64,000 bases of DNA from Ostreococcus lucimarinus (Eukaryota), in NCBI GenBank assembly GCA_000092065.1, contig CP000585.1; one strand, given 5' to 3'. Below, one piece after another: positions 1-11,800 of this stretch. Position numbers and translations under genes: made by a program. The notes beneath the pieces are model-generated. The model did no database searches and was not told the origin of the DNA. It was given only the letters and a program-made list of their open reading frames with translations. How positions within the stretch are numbered: the stretch's first letter is position 1; each line of letters begins with the position of its first letter.

Positions 1-321
1 TTGTCGGAAGGTCAACAGTCCCGTCTCGTGTTTGCCATGATTTGCATGCAGCGTCCGAACTTGTTGCTTCTCGATGAGCCGACGAATCACTTGGATTTGG
101 AAGCGATCGATGCGCTCGCAGAAGCCATCAAGCGATACAACGGTGGGCTGGTGCTCGTGTCGCACGATTTCCGTCTCATCGACCAGGTCGCGGACAAGAT
201 TTGGGTGTGCGAGAACAAAACGGTGCGCGATTGGAAAACGGATATCAGAATGTACAAGAAGCACTTGAGCGACAAGGCGGATCGCGAAGCGCGCGAGCGC
301 AAGGCCAAGGTTCGCAAATAG
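1..321 (+). CDS. ABC-F family ATPase (ABCF2/GCN20-like), C-terminal fragment; 5' part lies outside the window
   Basis: Translation [53 protein letters not shown] carries the ABC signature-proximal and D-loop region typical of ABCF proteins. The ORF runs to the window edge and stops at 319-321. Confidence 0.8.
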   Translation: MSEGQQSRLVFAMICMQRPNLLLLDEPTNHLDLEAIDALAEAIKRYNGGLVLVSHDFRLIDQVADKIWVCENKTVRDWKTDIRMYKKHLSDKADREARERKAKVRK

Positions 322-482
322 ATGAATTACTTTTACGGCGTTGACGTTGATACTACACCATTCATTGAGAAATTTTAATACTAATCCCATTCTAGTTCCT
401 CCACCTTTGATTCGCGCGTCACCCCGCCGCCGCGCCAACGCCGAATTTCGCCGCCACCGCCGTCTTCATCGCCACCAACCCC

Positions 483-1757
483 ATGTCCGTAAACCCTAAA
501 AATAGCGTCAGCGCCGTCATCCCCAAAATCACCGCCACCGCGTTCGACGCGATCGCTCGCCACGTCTTCCCAGACGTCAGCGGCGCGGTCGGCCACCGCA
601 ACAGCGGCGTCACGAAGCTCAAATTCTCCGGCTGCTGCGCCATCCACGCCCGCATCGCGCGCGCGGCGTACTCCGCCAACGACTCCTCTCGCACGTCGTC
701 GTCGTACGCGCCATCATCGCGCGCCAGCGCCTCGCGCGTCACCGTTCGCGTCACCGTTCGCGTTCGAAGCCAACCCGCGGCGTCGAACGCCGTCACCGCG
801 CCCCGCGCCGCGCGCGCGCGCCGCCGCGCCGTCGCCGCACCGCTCGACGCGCGCGCGACTCTCGAAGTCGCGCGCGCGCGGATCGTCGCGCCGCACCGCG
901 TCGACGTCGTCGCCATTCGCCGCGATGTGCGGTACCTCAGAATGTCGCGCGGCGTCGCGCGCGCGCGCGCGGCGCCGGCGCCGGTCGCGCGGTTCCGCGC
1001 GCGGCGTCGCGCCGGTCGCGCGGTTCCGCGCGCGGCGTCGCTCGGCGTCGACCTCGAGCCCTGGGCGCGCCCGCTCGAGCGCGCGCTCGACTTTCGACGC
1101 GATGGCGCCGGAAGCGCGTCGAGCCGCGCCGCGTCGCTGTTCACGACGGCCGTCTTCGCGCGCGCGTACTGGCGCGGGTATCGACAGCTGTTCAGGGCGC
1201 TCGGGTACCCGGGAGCCGCCGCCGAGGCGTCGCTCGCGCTCGGGACGCTGCGGGACGGCGGCGCGATGCTGGACGTGTCGTGCGGACCGGGGCTGATACT
1301 CGACCTCTTGGCGCGCCATTCGGCGCGCTCGGGGAAGTGGGAGCGCGTGGTTGGTTTAGATTTTTCTCGAGAGATGGTGACACTGGCGCGCGAGGCGTGC
1401 GGCGAGCGCGCGACGGTGGTGGTGGCGGACGCGTGCGATTTGCCGTTCGCCGATGGCGCATTCGACGTCTTGCATTCGAGCGCGGGGGCGCATTGTTGGG
1501 GCGATTTGAACAGCCGTGGCGTTCCCGAGTCGGCTTTTCGCGAAATGTATCGAGTTTTAAAACCGACGGGGGAGATACTGGTATCGACTGTCGTCCTGCT
1601 GAAGCCGACGACGGTTGAGGAGGAGTACTCGCGAACGCCGAACACGCCATTTTTCGACGAACGCGCGGTGTGCCGGATGATTCAAGACGCTGGGTTTCGC
1701 GATGTTGAAGTTATAGCAAAGGATAAGTGTTTCGTGGCCGTCAAGGCTGTTAAGTGA
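483..1757 (+). CDS. Class I SAM-dependent methyltransferase of the plant plastoglobule type (At1g78140/At2g41040-like) with an Arg/Ala/Ser-rich N-terminal extension that looks like a transit peptide
   Basis: ATG at 483. The C-terminal half reads YWRGYRQLF...LDVSCGPGLI...GLDFSREMV...VVADACDLPFADGAFDVLHSSAGAHCWGDL...VLKPTGEILV, which is methyltransferase motifs I, post-I and II in the arrangement of plastoglobule methyltransferases. The N-terminal 200 aa are low complexity, so the true start is uncertain. Confidence 0.7.
   Translation: MSVNPKNSVSAVIPKITATAFDAIARHVFPDVSGAVGHRNSGVTKLKFSGCCAIHARIARAAYSANDSSRTSSSYAPSSRASASRVTVRVTVRVRSQPAASNAVTAPRAARARRRAVAAPLDARATLEVARARIVAPHRVDVVAIRRDVRYLRMSRGVARARAAPAPVARFRARRRAGRAVPRAASLGVDLEPWARPLERALDFRRDGAGSASSRAASLFTTAVFARAYWRGYRQLFRALGYPGAAAEASLALGTLRDGGAMLDVSCGPGLILDLLARHSARSGKWERVVGLDFSREMVTLAREACGERATVVVADACDLPFADGAFDVLHSSAGAHCWGDLNSRGVPESAFREMYRVLKPTGEILVSTVVLLKPTTVEEEYSRTPNTPFFDERAVCRMIQDAGFRDVEVIAKDKCFVAVKAVK
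979..1040. repeat. Perfect 31-bp direct repeat x2 (GCCGGTCGCGCGGTTCCGCGCGCGGCGTCGC) inside the methyltransferase N-terminal coding region
   Basis: Visible at 979-1009 and 1010-1040. It encodes a duplicated PVARFRARRRA peptide. A smaller gtcaccgttcgc x2 repeat sits at about 738-761. Confidence 0.7.
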
Positions 1758-1854
1758 AGAGATGGCGGCGGAGGTGGCGAGGTTACGAAGCGACGCTAGC
1801 GGCGCGATGAATAGAATTAAAAATCAGCAACGAAACGCTTGTGCGCGCGCGAAA

Positions 1855-2976
1855 TCAACGGCGAAGAATCTGCTTCAGCGCTTGGTCGATCCTCTCGTAC
1901 TTGAACTTATAACCCACATCAAGCGCGGTTTTGGGTTGGATTCTCTGCCCTTGAAGAACTAGAGTCGATCCTTCGCCGAGAACTGCGCGCAACGCGAAAT
2001 CTGGCACCGGCAACCAACTCGGTTTCCCTAAGGTCTCGCCGAGGGATTCGCACATCTCTCGCATGCGGACGGGCGTTGGCGCGACGCAATTCACCGGACC
2101 TTCAAGTTTTACGTTTGTCAAGCTCTCCATTATGATCCCCACCGCGTCGTCTCTATGAATCCAACTAAACCACTGCTGACCGTCGCCCAAGGGCCCGCCC
2201 ATGAACGCTTGGAAAGTCGGCACCATCTTCCCGAGCGCCCCACCATCTCGATCGAGCACAATCCCTAATCGCAGCAGCACCACTCTACAATCTTCAACCC
2301 CACTCGCGGTTTGTTCCCACGCCTGGCAGACTTGACTTAAATAGTCCGCGCCTGGCCCGCTCGCTTCGTCGTACGTATCTGTCTCACTCGTCCCGTAGTA
2401 CCCGATCGCCGAAGCGTTCACCAATACCTTAGGTCTCTTGGCGTCGTTTGTGATCGAATTCACGTGTTCGACGACCGCCTTGGTGGTTTTCACTCGGGAC
2501 GCCATGATTTCACCCTTCACCTTCGGGTCCCAGCGCGTGCTGATTGGTTCGCCAGCTAAATTCACCACGTGCGTCGCGCCGAGCAACCCGCGTCGCCACT
2601 TATCCGGAGACACAAACGCGACGTCGCCCTTTGGGAGATTTTGTGGAGAAAGCTTCGCGCGAGCGCGGTTGACGTCTCGCGTGAGCACTCGCACTTCGGC
2701 GCCCCGCTCGAGGAGCGTCTCCACTAGCTTGCTACCCACGAACCCGGTTGCGCCCGTGATGGCGACGATGAGCCGATCGTCGGACGACGCTACGGACAGG
2801 TCGTCGTCCACGCTCGCGGAAGGCGCTAGAGCGCCCCGACGTGCGCGCGTCGAGCGGAAAAGATGGCGACGACACGTCTTATCCACCGAACGGGACGGCG
2901 AGCGGAGGCGCGCGCAGGGCGTCGCATTGCTCGCCGGAGCACGATAAAACGCGTTACAAGTCACTGCTGACGTCAT
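1855..2976 (-). CDS. SDR39U1 / DUF1731 epimerase-family protein (plant GIANT CHLOROPLAST 1 / SulA-like) with a transit-peptide-like N-terminus
   Basis: ATG verified (cat at 2974-2976). Rossmann motif IVAITGATGFVGSKLVETLLERGAEVRVLTRD. C-terminal ...LVLQGQRIQPKTALDVGYKFKYERIDQALKQIL matches the DUF1731 tail of the YfcH/SDR39U1 family. The first 70 aa are Ser/Arg/Ala-rich. Confidence 0.8.
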   Translation of the reverse strand: MTSAVTCNAFYRAPASNATPCARLRSPSRSVDKTCRRHLFRSTRARRGALAPSASVDDDLSVASSDDRLIVAITGATGFVGSKLVETLLERGAEVRVLTRDVNRARAKLSPQNLPKGDVAFVSPDKWRRGLLGATHVVNLAGEPISTRWDPKVKGEIMASRVKTTKAVVEHVNSITNDAKRPKVLVNASAIGYYGTSETDTYDEASGPGADYLSQVCQAWEQTASGVEDCRVVLLRLGIVLDRDGGALGKMVPTFQAFMGGPLGDGQQWFSWIHRDDAVGIIMESLTNVKLEGPVNCVAPTPVRMREMCESLGETLGKPSWLPVPDFALRAVLGEGSTLVLQGQRIQPKTALDVGYKFKYERIDQALKQILRR

Positions 2977-4610
2977 CTCGTGGTTTGAAGCTCGCGCCCG
3001 GTGCGCACCGCGTCGTCGACTGCGGCCTCACCAACGACGGCTTGACGTTTTTGCAGGAAACTATGCCGCCGAGCGGCGTCGGGCGTCAACCGTCGAGACG
3101 GATTCCAGTGCAGCGCTCGTAGTAGAAATGCGTTGAACCGATCGTCGTCGATATCGATGACTTTCGTGCGCTTGCTTCGCGGCTTGTGCTTTGAGGATGT
3201 CCGATCGCTACGTTTGTCGTCTCGTCGACTTCTCGCAAACGACGACTCGCACACATGAAAGTCGACTCGGCGATCGGAGTGTGCTGCCGAGCTAAGAATG
3301 CGGCGTGGAGGAGGCCCAATCCGCGAGGTGATCGCGCTTAACTGGCGTGCCTCATCGTCGCCCACAAATAAAGTTTTGCCAGTGGCAAGCTCGGCGAGAA
3401 CGCACGCCAAGCTCCATACGTCAATGGGATGGCCGTAATCGATTCCGAGCATGACTTCCGGAGCGCGGTAGAATCGGCTCTGAATGTACGTATACACTTG
3501 TTTTCCCTGAAAACACGCGCTTCCGAAGTCGATGAGTTTGACATCGAACGAGCCAGGATGTTCTAGCAAAATGTTTTCGGGTTTGATGTCACAGTGCACC
3601 ACTTGCATGTGTTTGAGGTACACGAGCGCATCCACCATTTGCCGAGCGATATGGCGGACGTGTTGAATATCTAACTTCGCGAACGCGCGGGCTTCCAAGA
3701 ACTCGTACAAGTTGATGTGAAGCAGCTCAAACACAACGCACAATCGACCGCGAAACTTTAAATGCTCGAACATCTTCACTACGCGACTCGAACCACCTTC
3801 GACACGTTTGAGCACCGAAACTTCCACGCGAGCTTGACTCGCAAATGTTTCGTCAGGAGAAATCAGTTTAAGTGCCACTTCGCGCTTATATTTATGGTCA
3901 AAGCAACGCACAACTTGACCGAAATTTCCCGCGCCGAGTGAATTGAACATTTCAAATCGAAACGCCACGTGCTCGCCCTTCCTGATGCGAAAGGCATCGT
4001 CCTCGTCACCACTGCTAGCACCGGAACCGTGCGATAGCGTTTGCGTGTCGTCTGAGAGATGTTCTAGAGTCGGCACGTACCACACATGTTTGTAACGCAA
4101 AATATCGTTTCGGTCCATCACTCGAAGCCGCTTCCAAAACTTCTGCATCGCTTCTACGATCGACATTCCGATCGAGTCTCCATGCCTGGACCTATGAGTT
4201 TCCGGTGTCTGTTGGGATTGGTATTTTCGCCTCGCCGTGCCAGGCCGGCCGGTGGCGCCCGCGCCGTGTCGTCGACTCGAGCGCGCGCTGAGCGGTGGTA
4301 TGGTTGGTGTGAACTTAGGGGTCATGGCCGTTTCGTACGACGATGTCTGCTGGACCACGCCGAAACAACCATTGCAAGTTCCATATTTGTCGTCGGTCAC
4401 TCTGGCGTTTGCGAGCGCGTGCGAACGTAAACGAGTTTGAGTCACGGTCGCAGTGGCAAGTCTTCTCGGTGGAAGTTCGGTCAACGCGTCCACGCGGCGA
4501 GGAGCCGTAGAAGGCATACGACATCCTTCGCCGCCCGGTTTAGCGACTGGGTCAATTGTGAGGGTTGGGAAAATGCGCCTACGATCGTTTGTCGCATCTC
4601 GAGTCCGCAT
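2973..4610 (-). CDS. DYRK-family dual-specificity protein kinase
   Basis: ATG verified (cat at 4608-4610). Kinase subdomains include HCDIKPENILL, DFGSA, and activation loop YTYIQSRFYRAPEVMLG, the DYRK-type Y-x-Y. Its stop codon overlaps the start codon of the downstream gene in ATGA. Confidence 0.85.
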   Translation of the reverse strand: MRTRDATNDRRRIFPTLTIDPVAKPGGEGCRMPSTAPRRVDALTELPPRRLATATVTQTRLRSHALANARVTDDKYGTCNGCFGVVQQTSSYETAMTPKFTPTIPPLSARSSRRHGAGATGRPGTARRKYQSQQTPETHRSRHGDSIGMSIVEAMQKFWKRLRVMDRNDILRYKHVWYVPTLEHLSDDTQTLSHGSGASSGDEDDAFRIRKGEHVAFRFEMFNSLGAGNFGQVVRCFDHKYKREVALKLISPDETFASQARVEVSVLKRVEGGSSRVVKMFEHLKFRGRLCVVFELLHINLYEFLEARAFAKLDIQHVRHIARQMVDALVYLKHMQVVHCDIKPENILLEHPGSFDVKLIDFGSACFQGKQVYTYIQSRFYRAPEVMLGIDYGHPIDVWSLACVLAELATGKTLFVGDDEARQLSAITSRIGPPPRRILSSAAHSDRRVDFHVCESSFARSRRDDKRSDRTSSKHKPRSKRTKVIDIDDDRFNAFLLRALHWNPSRRLTPDAARRHSFLQKRQAVVGEAAVDDAVRTGRELQTTR

Positions 4611-4743
4611 CGGCTTGTGAGGTTCGCGTTGGCCAAATATAGGTGGCAGCCAACAAGTAAACTGCTCATCTAATTTTCAAACCTTGATTTTCTAGCTAAC
4701 CACTCCGGAACACGTCCCGATCATCCTAACGTTATTTCCGACA

Positions 4744-5655
4744 CTATTTCTGCGCTTCCGCGCGTTTCTTTGCCTGTTCCAGCGCTTCTGTCAATTTCTT
4801 CGCGGCGGCAACTTCCTTCAGGAGTGCGAAGACCAACGGGATATAATTGTGCCTACGTCGTATATTATCGTTCCTCCATTCAGCCACTTTAGCCTCTTCG
4901 ACTTCTAATTCGCGCTGCAAATGCGCGATCTCATCCGCGGCGCCAGTGCTCGACGACCGTAGTTCCTCGAGTCGCTGTGAAATTGCGATTCTAGGATCCT
5001 TCGTAACAGCCATGAGATTAAACTTGATCTCATTCGACGCGAATGACGCGATCTTCCGTTGAATCGCCGGAACCGCTACGTCTAACCAATGCCCGTCGCC
5101 AAAGCTTCCGTGATTGATCGGCCCTCTCTGCAAACCATCGAGTTCGAAGACGGAACCGCCTCTTGGTACGTAGGCAACAAAGTGAAACACGTCGTCGTCC
5201 TCTTGCGCAGGCCTAGACTGCAAGACGATTGGTTCTGGACGCGCGAACGAGTTATGTGCGTCGCGAATGATGTCCGAGTTGGAGATACTCATCCCTTTCG
5301 TTTCAGCATCGAAGTCGAGGGTGAACTCCCTTAGCGTTTGGAGCGTCTCGCCCAACTCAACTTCTTGTTCGGCGTTCAACAACACGCTAAGCACCGCTTG
5401 CGTGGCGCACGCGTTGTGAATCACTTGCGACGCGAAGAACAAATCTTGCGGTGGGTTTTCATCGACCTCAACTGCGCTCGAGCTGTGACCGCCGCGCCAC
5501 TTGAACAAAAATATGAGTCCGTAGATTGGTTCGTTACGACGAAGTTCATCAACGTCTAGCGAGTAGAGTTCTGTGAATGCGACGCCACGCGCGCCGATTC
5601 GATGGACCAGCTCGCCGAAGACCCCGGGATCGCTCTCGATGAGGCACCAGTCCAT
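4744..5655 (-). CDS. Ubiquitin C-terminal hydrolase, UCH37/UCHL5-like (peptidase C12 with C-terminal ULD/coiled-coil tail)
   Basis: ATG verified. N-terminal WCLIESDPGVF, Cys box QVIHNACATQAVLSVLLN and His box HFVAYV are present. C-terminal NYIPLVFALLKEVAAAKKL resembles the UCH37 tail. Confidence 0.85.
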   Translation of the reverse strand: MDWCLIESDPGVFGELVHRIGARGVAFTELYSLDVDELRRNEPIYGLIFLFKWRGGHSSSAVEVDENPPQDLFFASQVIHNACATQAVLSVLLNAEQEVELGETLQTLREFTLDFDAETKGMSISNSDIIRDAHNSFARPEPIVLQSRPAQEDDDVFHFVAYVPRGGSVFELDGLQRGPINHGSFGDGHWLDVAVPAIQRKIASFASNEIKFNLMAVTKDPRIAISQRLEELRSSSTGAADEIAHLQRELEVEEAKVAEWRNDNIRRRHNYIPLVFALLKEVAAAKKLTEALEQAKKRAEAQK

Positions 5656-5801
5656 CGAGTGCGCGCGCGTGAGTGTGCGGTTGAACTTCTTAGGGGTCGT
5701 GCTCGTCGGTGAAGGGCGAACGAACTTTATTCAATAAAGAGTTTGTATAATTACAGCAGTTGGCGTGCTAAAGTGCGCGCCGCGTTCGTCTTATCGCGAT
5801 A

Positions 5802-8800
5802 CTATTCCATGATGTCGTCGACAGCGCCACCGAAGCGGCCCCACAAACCAGATCGGCGAGCGACGGGCTGTTCGGGCTCTTTCTCAGGTTCATCATCGAG
5901 GACGCTCTCGTCGACGGATTCTCCGGGTGCAAGCGCACGGCTCTCGACGATTATTTCGTTGCCGTCAGAGTCATACTCGACGATTTCAAGAATCTCTTCC
6001 GTCTCTTCAAGGTAACCAGGTTCTTCTTCCTGCTCGCCGTCTTCACTCGGTTCATCTTCAACTTCTGTGTCGTAGGTCGTGGCGATCTCGACGCGCGAGC
6101 CATACCTGCGCTCCATCGATTCTTCCACGTCGTACACGACGGTGGGTTTGGATGTAGGTGAAGGCGCGCTTCGAATCGGTTCTACTGGCTCCGGCTCGGG
6201 TCGCTTTGGAATTTCCGGCATCTCGAACGTTGGCTCGTCGCCCAAGTCAAAGTTCACCGTGGTCGAACCGACGTTCGGATCTGCCATCTTTGGCTCGGGT
6301 CTAGCCATGAGCTTGTCCCGTTCCGATCTCAACTCGTTTAGCTCCGCCAGCTGAGATTTACAGGTTTCGTGACACTCATCGAGAAGCTTCTGCAGTTCTG
6401 CGGTGCCGTCGTCATGCGGCTGTGATTTCGCAAGCACCAATGCCCTCTTAAGCTCCGCGATCTCCACCTTGAGTGTGATTAGGAACTCTTCAGCGCCTTG
6501 AGCGCGTTTGTCATTCATTCTAGCCCAGTTCTCGGCGTACTCGACGGCCTCTTGGCTTGACTTGATCTCGTCTTCCAACGTGGTGACTTCTTCTCGCGTG
6601 GACGCGAGTTCGATTTCAAGGTCGTGAATTTTAGCCCGAGTTGCAGCCGAATCGCCTGTCGCACCAGCGGCTTCGAGCTTCGCGGCCGCAATAGCCTTTA
6701 CAGACTTCTCGCGTTCATCGCTCAATTCATCTTCGAGATCACTGATTCGCTCTTTGAGTGCAGCCAGCTTGCCACGCAAGTCTTCTTCGTACTCAATTCG
6801 CACATTCGAAAGCTCGCTGCGCAACTTCGTAATCTTCGCGTCGCTCGCCTTTTGGATGCGCTGACTTTCAAACATAAGTTCTTCTTGCTCGGCCGCGTAT
6901 TCTTGGACTTGCGCGCGAAGCTTAGCCAATTCAACTTCGGCGTCGTTTAACTGTTCTTGTGTACGTTCGAGCTTCCGCTGAATCAAGTCAGCATTTTGTC
7001 TGGCTTCAATCTGGAAGAAGTTGAACTCCTTCGTGATAAAGTCCTTGGCGACACGCAAACGTTCGAGCTCGGCGAGAGCCTCGTCGAGTTCCTCCTTGAG
7101 AGATACATTTTCGTCGTTCAGCTTCTTGCCTGCGCTGATGAGGTCGGCACTCTTTGAGCTCACTCGTTCGGCTTCAGCGCCGAGCTCATTCTGAGTGCTC
7201 TCGTACTCAGCCTTGAGTTCCTTCACCTGCAACTCAAGACGCTCAATGAGCGTGGTTTGCGAGGTGATCTTTAAATGCAGTTCTTTCTTCACGCGCATAG
7301 TTTCCTCTGAAGCAACATTCGTCGCAGTCATCGCGGCAGTTGCCTCACGTTCTCGCGAGGACAGCTTCTCGCGTAGCGCGTGGACTTCACGTTCTCGCTT
7401 GGTGCGCTCCGTTACGAGTTCTGTTTCAAGATGTTCAACCTTCGTTCTGAGCACGTGAATCTCTCGCAGAAGATCGGGGTCGTTGCTTGATGATGCTTGA
7501 GATTTATCCTTCGCACCTCGCTCGAGCTCGTCCAATCTAAGACGGAGTTTCATCATGTCAGAAACAGCGACGTCACGCGAATCCGTCATTTCAACAAGAT
7601 CGCCCTCGAGATCTTCGATGATTCTCGCATAATCCCGCGCCGCGTTTTCGCGATCCTTGATTTCTTTACCTATGGCGAAACTGTGATCGGAAATGATCTT
7701 TTCAACTGCCGCGGCATGTTTGCGCTCGATCGAGATGATTTCTTGCTCGAGCTCTGAGATGCGCTGTCGCAGCGTTTTCACGAGTTCATCGTTCACACCT
7801 GTATTTTTCCCCTTGACGCGTTCGGCATCACTCAACTGTCGACGCAGCAAATCAAGCTCTTTCTCCAAAAGTTCTTTTTCCGAAACATGCTCGGCGGATT
7901 TCGCTTTGAGCGCGTCCAGCTCAGACTGCAACGAGGGGATGATCGACTGTTTCGCTTTCAGCTCGGCGAGCTTTTCTTGCAAAGCGGCAAGTTTCGTCTC
8001 CAACATCTTTCGTTCCTCATCGGCATTTGCCGACGCAGGCACTTGCTTTCTCAGCTCGTCCAAATCTGCTTGCAAAGTATGAATTGTTCTTGTCGCAACT
8101 TCACCGTGCACCTTTAATTCCGTTTTGAGCGACCCTGCGAAAGAAGAAGCCAGAGACAAAAGTCTCTTGTTACGAACATCACGAATCGTGCATCGTAACA
8201 ACGCCGCCCAGCGTAATTGTGCGCGTTCGGACTTGTTAAGGCCATATTGCTTGCCCTCCATATCTGCAAGTCGCTTCGCTGCAGACGCTGCGTCGGCCAT
8301 CGCTCGAGATTGCAGATCGTTGAAATCTCGCTCGAGTCGCTTAATCTTTTCCTGAGCGGCAGCATTTGCCGACGCAGGCACTTGCTTTCTCAGCTCGTCC
8401 AAATCTGCTTGCAAAGACTGAATTGTTCTTGTCGCAACTTCACCGTGCACCTTTAATTCCGTTTTGAGCGACCCTGCGAAAGAAGAAGCCAGAGACAAAA
8501 GTCTCTTGTTACGAACATCACGAATCGTGCATCGTAACAACGCCGCCCAGCGTAATTGTGCGCGTTCGGACTTGTTAAGGCCATATTGCTTGCCCTCCAT
8601 ATCTGCAAGTCGCTTCGCTGCAGACGCTGCGTCGGCCATCGCTCGAGATTGCAGATCGTTGAAATCTCGCTCGAGTCGCTTAATCTTTTCCTGAGCGGCA
8701 GCTAGGCCAACGCTTTGCTCGCCACCAGTGAGAAGCATCTTCTCCAAATCAGAAATCGTCTCATCTCGCTGCCCGATGATAGCTTGAGACTTTGTCATCT

Positions 8801-11800
8801 CGTACGAAACTCGGATCTTTTCCTTTTCGAGCTGTGAGATCTTCAACTTGAGATTAATAATCTCCTCCTGCAACGTGCGCTCTCGCGCCTCTGAGGACGC
8901 TTCAGATTCAGTGGCACCGGCGAGGCGCTTCTGCATGCCGTCGAGCTTATCCTGTAACGAATGAATGGTGATCTGGGCGGTGTTTCTGTGCGCAACGAGT
9001 TCTCGCAATGTCGCCTTGCTGTGGCCGAGAGCAATATTAAGGAAACGTCGATGGCCTTCCTTCACTTGCAAGATGCGGCACGTCGTGCGCCAACGAAGCG
9101 CGGCACGTTCTGATTTCGTGTGCATCATTGCATCATCGTGCGTTCTCTCCAATGAGACACATCTCTTTCGTAAAACATCCAACTCCTGCTCAAGCCGCTG
9201 AGCGACGCGAGCAGCATCTTCTGCGTCTACAGCAGACTGAGCCTTGAAGTCCTCGTACTGCATTCGCAACTCAGACAACTCGCGACGCGTAGTAATGGCG
9301 TCTCCCGACATCGAAGACTTCGACTTCTCCAACTCTGTTTCATGCTCCAGTAATAGCCTTTCGAGCTCCTCAACTCTTGAATCGCGAAGTCCCAAAGTAC
9401 TAGCGTGACGGAACTTGAGCACAGTGAGTTCCTTCTTCTGAATTTGCACGAGATCGGCAATTTGCTGCTCAAAGTCGGCGTGCGCTTGCTCGGCGCGTTT
9501 CGCAGCGTCAGCGGCTTCAGCGCGCATGCGCTCTCTCAATTCTCCAAGTTGCTGCTCGAAGTTCGCCACCATAAGTTGGTATCGAGATTCAGAATCTTCA
9601 GCATCCGATGCTGCTTTCGCCTTGTGCCGAGCAGACAGACTTTCGAGTAAAGTCTTAAAGTTCGCCTGCGCTTCAAGTTCGCGTTCAGCCGCTTCATCCG
9701 CCGCCGCGCGCAGTTGTTGCTCGAAATCCGCTTGCGATTGCTGCGCGCGTGCTTCAGCGCTGTCAGCATCAGCTTTCATGCGCTTGCGTAAATCCTCGAG
9801 CTGCTTCTCGTACTCTTCCTTCATCTGCAGGAAACGAGCGTGTTCAAACGTTGCATCGGACTTTGACTTATTCTTCAATCGCTCCGCCAAGTCATCGAGC
9901 TGATTTTTGAAATCAACCTGCGCTTGGTGCTCGCGCGCAGCACTTTCATCTGCGTCTATACGTGCGCGTGTGCGAAGATCTTCGATTTGCTTGTCATAGT
10001 CGGATTTCATGCTTTGGGCTCGACTCTTCGCCTTTTCCGCGTCAAGCTTGAGTTGATTCTGGAGGTCGTCCAATTGCGCAACAAGGTTCGCCTTTTCGTC
10101 CTGAAGACGCTGCAACTCCGAAGAAGCGGTGGATTTCGTGGAATCCATCGAGGACTGTGCCTCTTGAAGCAAGAGTTCAAGCTCGGCGACGCGTGCGTCG
10201 CGCACGCGTACAGTCTCGTCGAGATCTTCGAGCGCCTTCAGCTTCGCTTTCACTTCAAGCATCTGGTCATTGAGCGAGCGAATCGTCTTGTCGGACGTCG
10301 CCGCCCAGCTGCGTGCCTCGACGAGCTCGGCGGACGTAAACGATTTTACGAGTGCGACATGACGCTGGTGCAACCTTCGTGCGCGCAAGACGCGGCACAT
10401 CCAGGACCAGCGCAACGACGTTCGTTGAGACAAAGCACGCGCTTCCGCGTCTACGAGAGCCTTTTCAGCGGCTGCAAGTTGCGAGCGGAGAGCATCACCG
10501 TCATTTGAAGCCGCGCTGGTCTTCAATGATAACCCTTCCAACTCGGCCCGCAGCGTCTCAATTGTGCTCGCCAACGTCAACTTTTCTTCGGAGGAAACTT
10601 TCAGTAACTCCTTCAGATCGCTAACAGACTTCTGAAGCGCGGTTATATCATCAGCCGCTCGACTGTTTTCACCCTTCGCCGCTTGCAAAGCAATTTTATA
10701 ACCATTGACATCTTTTTCGAGTTCAATGATTCGCGCGACTCGCTTTGCTTCTTCATCCGCGCTCCATTGTGCTTGGAGAGTTTCAATTTGGCTTCGCGAC
10801 TCGGCGAGCTCGCGGCGTAAAGTGATGACGTCCCCGGTAGAAGTAGACTTCAACGCCTCCCAATCGTTCTGTGATTCAAGTAACAGAGCCTCGAGTTCGT
10901 GAATGCGTTTGTCACGAAGTCCCATAGCACTCGCTTGACGGAACTTGACAACCGCAGAATCCTTCTTGTGAACTTCAGCGAGATCAGCCAGTTGTTGCTC
11001 GAAATCCGCTTGCGATTGCTGCGCGCGTGCTTCAGCGCTGTCAGCATCAGCTTTCATGCGCTTGCGTAAATCCTCGAGCTGCTTCTCGTACTCTTCCTTC
11101 ATCTGCAGGAAACGAGCGTGTTCAAACGTTGCATCGGACTTTGACTTATTCTTCAATCGCTCCGCCAAGTCATCGAGCTGATTTTTGAAATCAACCTGCG
11201 CTTGGTGCTCGCGCGCAGCACTTTCATCTGCGTCTATACGTGCGCGTGTGCGAAGATCTTCGATTTGCTTGTCATAGTCGGATTTCATGCTTTGGGCTCG
11301 ACTCTTCGCCTTTTCCGCGTCAAGCTTGAGTTGATTCTGGAGGTCGTCCAATTGCGCAACAAGGTTCGCCTTTTCGTCCTGAAGACGCTGCAACTCCGAA
11401 GAAGCGGTGGATTTCGTGGAATCCATCGAGGACTGTGCCTCTTGAAGCAAGAGTTCAAGCTCGGCGACGCGTGCGTCGCGCACGCGTACAGTCTCGTCGA
11501 GATCTTCGAGCGCCTTCAGCTTCGCTTTCACTTCAAGCATCTGGTCATTGAGCGAGCGAATCGTCTTGTCGGACGTCGCCGCCCAGCTGCGTGCCTCGAC
11601 GAGCTCGGCGGACGTAAACGATTTTACGAGTGCGACATGACGCTGGTGCAACCTTCGTGCGCGCAAGACGCGGCACATCCAGGACCAATGCAAAGCTGCG
11701 CGCTCTGACTTGGCTTGCACGAGCGCCTTTGCGCGCGTCGTGTTGGATTCGTCGAGCTGCTCGCGAAGAATTCTGAGCTCGCCGTGCAAGCGCGAGACTT

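Noticed and set aside
419-1645. 408-aa minus-strand ORF (plus 201- and 152-aa ORFs) antisense to the methyltransferase gene
   Set aside because: Composition is extremely Arg/Ala/Ser/Pro-rich, with no recognisable domain. This is typical of spurious ORFs on the antisense of ~65% GC coding DNA. The sense-strand methyltransferase has clear motifs.
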